Shown here: in pieces, positions 61,695 to 64,000 of the stretch | Layout of the letters: every line of letters begins with the position of its first letter | Position numbering within the stretch: the stretch's first letter is position 1 | Source: Gemmatimonadota bacterium | GTDB lineage: Bacteria; Gemmatimonadota; Gemmatimonadetes; Longimicrobiales; Gaopeijiaceae | Assembly: GCA_034521595.1 (NCBI GenBank) | Contig: JAXHMG010000003.1 | Location: forward strand, 544,001-608,000 | Reading direction: 5' to 3' | Length of the DNA stretch: 64,000 nucleotides | Position numbers and translations under genes: made by a program | Notes under the pieces: generated by a model | Databases searched by the model: none | Told to the model about the DNA's origin: nothing | Seen by the model: the letters and a program-made list of their open reading frames with translations, nothing else

Positions 61695-64000
61695 CCGACG
61701 CCGAAAAGAACCTCGTTATCGTCGAATCCCCGGCCAAGGCCAACACCATCGAAAAGTACCTCGGAGAAGGGTACGAGGTGGCGGCATCCGTCGGTCACGT
61801 GCGGGACCTCCCCCCGAAGGAGCTCGGTGTGGACGTCGAGCACGGGTTCGAGCCGAAGTACGTTACGATCCGTGGCAAGGGAAAGGTCATCACGGATCTC
61901 AAGAAACGGGCCAAGAACGCGGATCGGGTCATTCTGGCGACGGACCCGGACCGCGAGGGAGAAGCGATCGCCTATCACGTGGCCGAGCAGCTCGGCTACG
62001 AGAAGAATCAGGACCGCTTCCAGCGGGTCACGTTCCGGGAGATCACGAAGGGGGCGGTCCAGGAAGCGCTGGAGAATCCGGGATCCCTGGACCACAAGAA
62101 GATCGAAGCCCAGCAGGCGCGCCGGATCCTGGACCGTCTGGTCGGCTATCAGGTGAGCCCGCTCCTCTGGAAGCCCATCCGTCCGGGGCTGTCGGCCGGC
62201 CGGGTGCAGACGGTCGCGCTGCGCCTGATCTGTGAGCGCGAAGACGAGATCCGCGCGTTCGTCCAGGAAGAATACTGGTCGATCACGGCTAATCTGAAGC
62301 ACGGGGATCTCCCCTTCACGGCCCGGTTGCATCATATCGACGGGAAATCCTTCACCCTCGAGGACGAAGAGGCGGCCCGGAACGTCGTCGCCGATGTCGA
62401 GTCGCTGCCGTTCGTCGTCTCCGAGGTCAAACGGAGGGAGCGCCGGAAGAATCCCGCCGCGCCGTTCACGACCTCCACCCTTCAGCAGGAAGCCGCGAAG
62501 AGCCTGAGCTTCTCCGCGAAGCGCACGATGAGCACCGCGCAGCGCCTCTACGAAGGTCAGGAGGTGGGCGGCCGGGGCCAGATCGGACTGATCACCTATA
62601 TGAGAACCGACTCCACCCGAGTCTCCCCGACCGCGGTCGGTCAAGCGAGGACATGGATCGGAGAGGAGTTCGGGGACAAGTATGTACCGAAGTCGCCGGC
62701 CCTCTATGGCGGGGGGAATGCCCCCGCCGCTCAGGACGCCCACGAGGCCATCCGTCCGACCGACGTCACCATCGATCCCACGGAGGCGGCGCGTTACCTC
62801 GCGCCCGATCAGGCCCGACTGTACGAGCTCATCTGGCTGCGCTTCGTAGCCAGTCAGATGCCACCGGCCGTCTACGACACGACCACCATAGACTTCGATC
62901 TCGAGGCGAACGGGGGGAAGCACTACCTGTTCCGCTCCACGGGCTCGATCCTGAAGTTTCCGGGCTTCACCAAGCTCTACCGCGAAGCCACCGAAGCCGG
63001 CGACGTGCGGGGCTTCGACGACATGGATCCGCTTCCGGAGATGAGCGAGGGTGACCAGGGTGAGCTCGAAGCCCTCGAGCCGAAGCAGCACTTCACGCAA
63101 CCGCCGCCCCGGTTCTCGGAGGCCAGCTTGGTCAAGGAGCTCGAGAAGCTCGGCATCGGCAGGCCCTCCACGTACGCGAACATCATCTCCGTGATCGTGG
63201 ACCGCGGCTACGTGGAGCTGGAGAAACGCCGCTTCCACCCGACCGATCTCGGGGAGGTGGTGGCGAAGCTGCTCGTGCACATCTTCCCCGACATCTTCGA
63301 AGTCGAGTTCACGAGCCGGATGGAGGGTGAGCTCGACCGGGTGGAGGAGGGGGAGGTCGACTGGCGGAAGCTGCTGGCCGGCTTCTACCCGCGCTTCCTC
63401 GAACGCCTCCAGGCCGGTGAGGCGAACTCCGACGAGATCATCAAGGAGATCCTCGCCGCCGAAGGCGAGGAGTGTGACAAGTGTGGGCGCCCGATGCTCG
63501 TGCGATGGAACCGCTTCGGGCGGTTTCTCGGATGCTCGGGATACCCCGAGTGTAAGAACACCCGGTCGCTGGATGGCTTCAGCCCGGAGGGTGAGGAGCT
63601 CGGGGTGCATCCGGACGAGGGGCGTGCCGTGCGGGTCAAGGTCGGTCCGTACGGCCCGTACGTCGAGATGGATGCCGAGACGGAAGACGAGAAGCCCAAG
63701 CGGGTGAGCTTACCCAAAGGGGTCGAGCCGACGGAGGTCGACCTTCCCTACGCCGTGAAGCTTCTCGAGCTCCCGAGGACGGTGGGCGAAGATCCGAAGA
63801 CGGGCGAGGAGATCGTGGCGGGGATCGGGCGGTTCGGCCCGTTCGTCCGTCGCGGAAAGACGTTCGCCAGCTTGCCGGATCACGACGCGCTGTGGAGCGT
63901 ATCGGTAGAAAAGGCCTCCGAGCTCATCGAGGCCAAGGCGGCCGGGAAGAGAGTCGCGCTCAAGGAGTTGGGGAAGCATCCCGAAAGCGGAGCGGAGCTC
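61691..64000 (+). CDS. topA: DNA topoisomerase I, 3'-partial
   Basis: Read directly (missing from the ORF track because it has no stop in the window): MTDAEKNLVIVESPAKA, ATDPDREGEAIA, SAGRVQ, GLITYMRTDS, QDAHEAIRP, GIGRPSTY, a Zn ribbon and C-terminal repeats. Confidence 0.97.
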   Translation, partial: MTDAEKNLVIVESPAKANTIEKYLGEGYEVAASVGHVRDLPPKELGVDVEHGFEPKYVTIRGKGKVITDLKKRAKNADRVILATDPDREGEAIAYHVAEQLGYEKNQDRFQRVTFREITKGAVQEALENPGSLDHKKIEAQQARRILDRLVGYQVSPLLWKPIRPGLSAGRVQTVALRLICEREDEIRAFVQEEYWSITANLKHGDLPFTARLHHIDGKSFTLEDEEAARNVVADVESLPFVVSEVKRRERRKNPAAPFTTSTLQQEAAKSLSFSAKRTMSTAQRLYEGQEVGGRGQIGLITYMRTDSTRVSPTAVGQARTWIGEEFGDKYVPKSPALYGGGNAPAAQDAHEAIRPTDVTIDPTEAARYLAPDQARLYELIWLRFVASQMPPAVYDTTTIDFDLEANGGKHYLFRSTGSILKFPGFTKLYREATEAGDVRGFDDMDPLPEMSEGDQGELEALEPKQHFTQPPPRFSEASLVKELEKLGIGRPSTYANIISVIVDRGYVELEKRRFHPTDLGEVVAKLLVHIFPDIFEVEFTSRMEGELDRVEEGEVDWRKLLAGFYPRFLERLQAGEANSDEIIKEILAAEGEECDKCGRPMLVRWNRFGRFLGCSGYPECKNTRSLDGFSPEGEELGVHPDEGRAVRVKVGPYGPYVEMDAETEDEKPKRVSLPKGVEPTEVDLPYAVKLLELPRTVGEDPKTGEEIVAGIGRFGPFVRRGKTFASLPDHDALWSVSVEKASELIEAKAAGKRVALKELGKHPESGAEL

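Noticed and set aside
59888-63610. 1240-aa minus-strand ORF
   Set aside because: Antisense shadow of aroC-aroK-topA, typical of high-GC codon bias; no recognisable motifs.

Overview
High-GC bacterial chromosomal segment. The gene content and protein styles suggest Gemmatimonadota, but that is inference. Much of the window is a type IV-A pilus system in three blocks. The first is a 5'-truncated SprA (T9SS translocon)-like gene followed by comEA-pilB-pilT-pilC. The second is pilS/pilR, two glycosyltransferases, two tandem major pilins behind a sigma54 promoter, and a second sigma54 two-component system. The third is two paralogous minor-pilin sets (fimT-pilV-pilW-pilX) followed by pilMNOPQ-aroC-aroK-topA (3'-truncated). 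Between the first two blocks lie a redox block (katG, P-type ATPase, ferric-reductase-like flavocytochrome, monoheme and pentaheme c-type cytochromes, a cytochrome c/beta-barrel fusion, a second barrel and a Met/His-rich secreted protein) and housekeeping genes (sahR-ahcY, a desaturase, an Ala/Gly symporter, btpA, dinB, sodA and a LysM peptidase). The best candidates for undescribed systems are a porin-cytochrome electron conduit, a TMTC-like/Dpm1-like pilin glycosylation locus, and the SprA-ComEA-pilus linkage. Two genes carry apparent single-base frameshifts. I recognised no rRNA, tRNA, CRISPR array or transposase. All calls come from motif recognition by eye; no searches were run.
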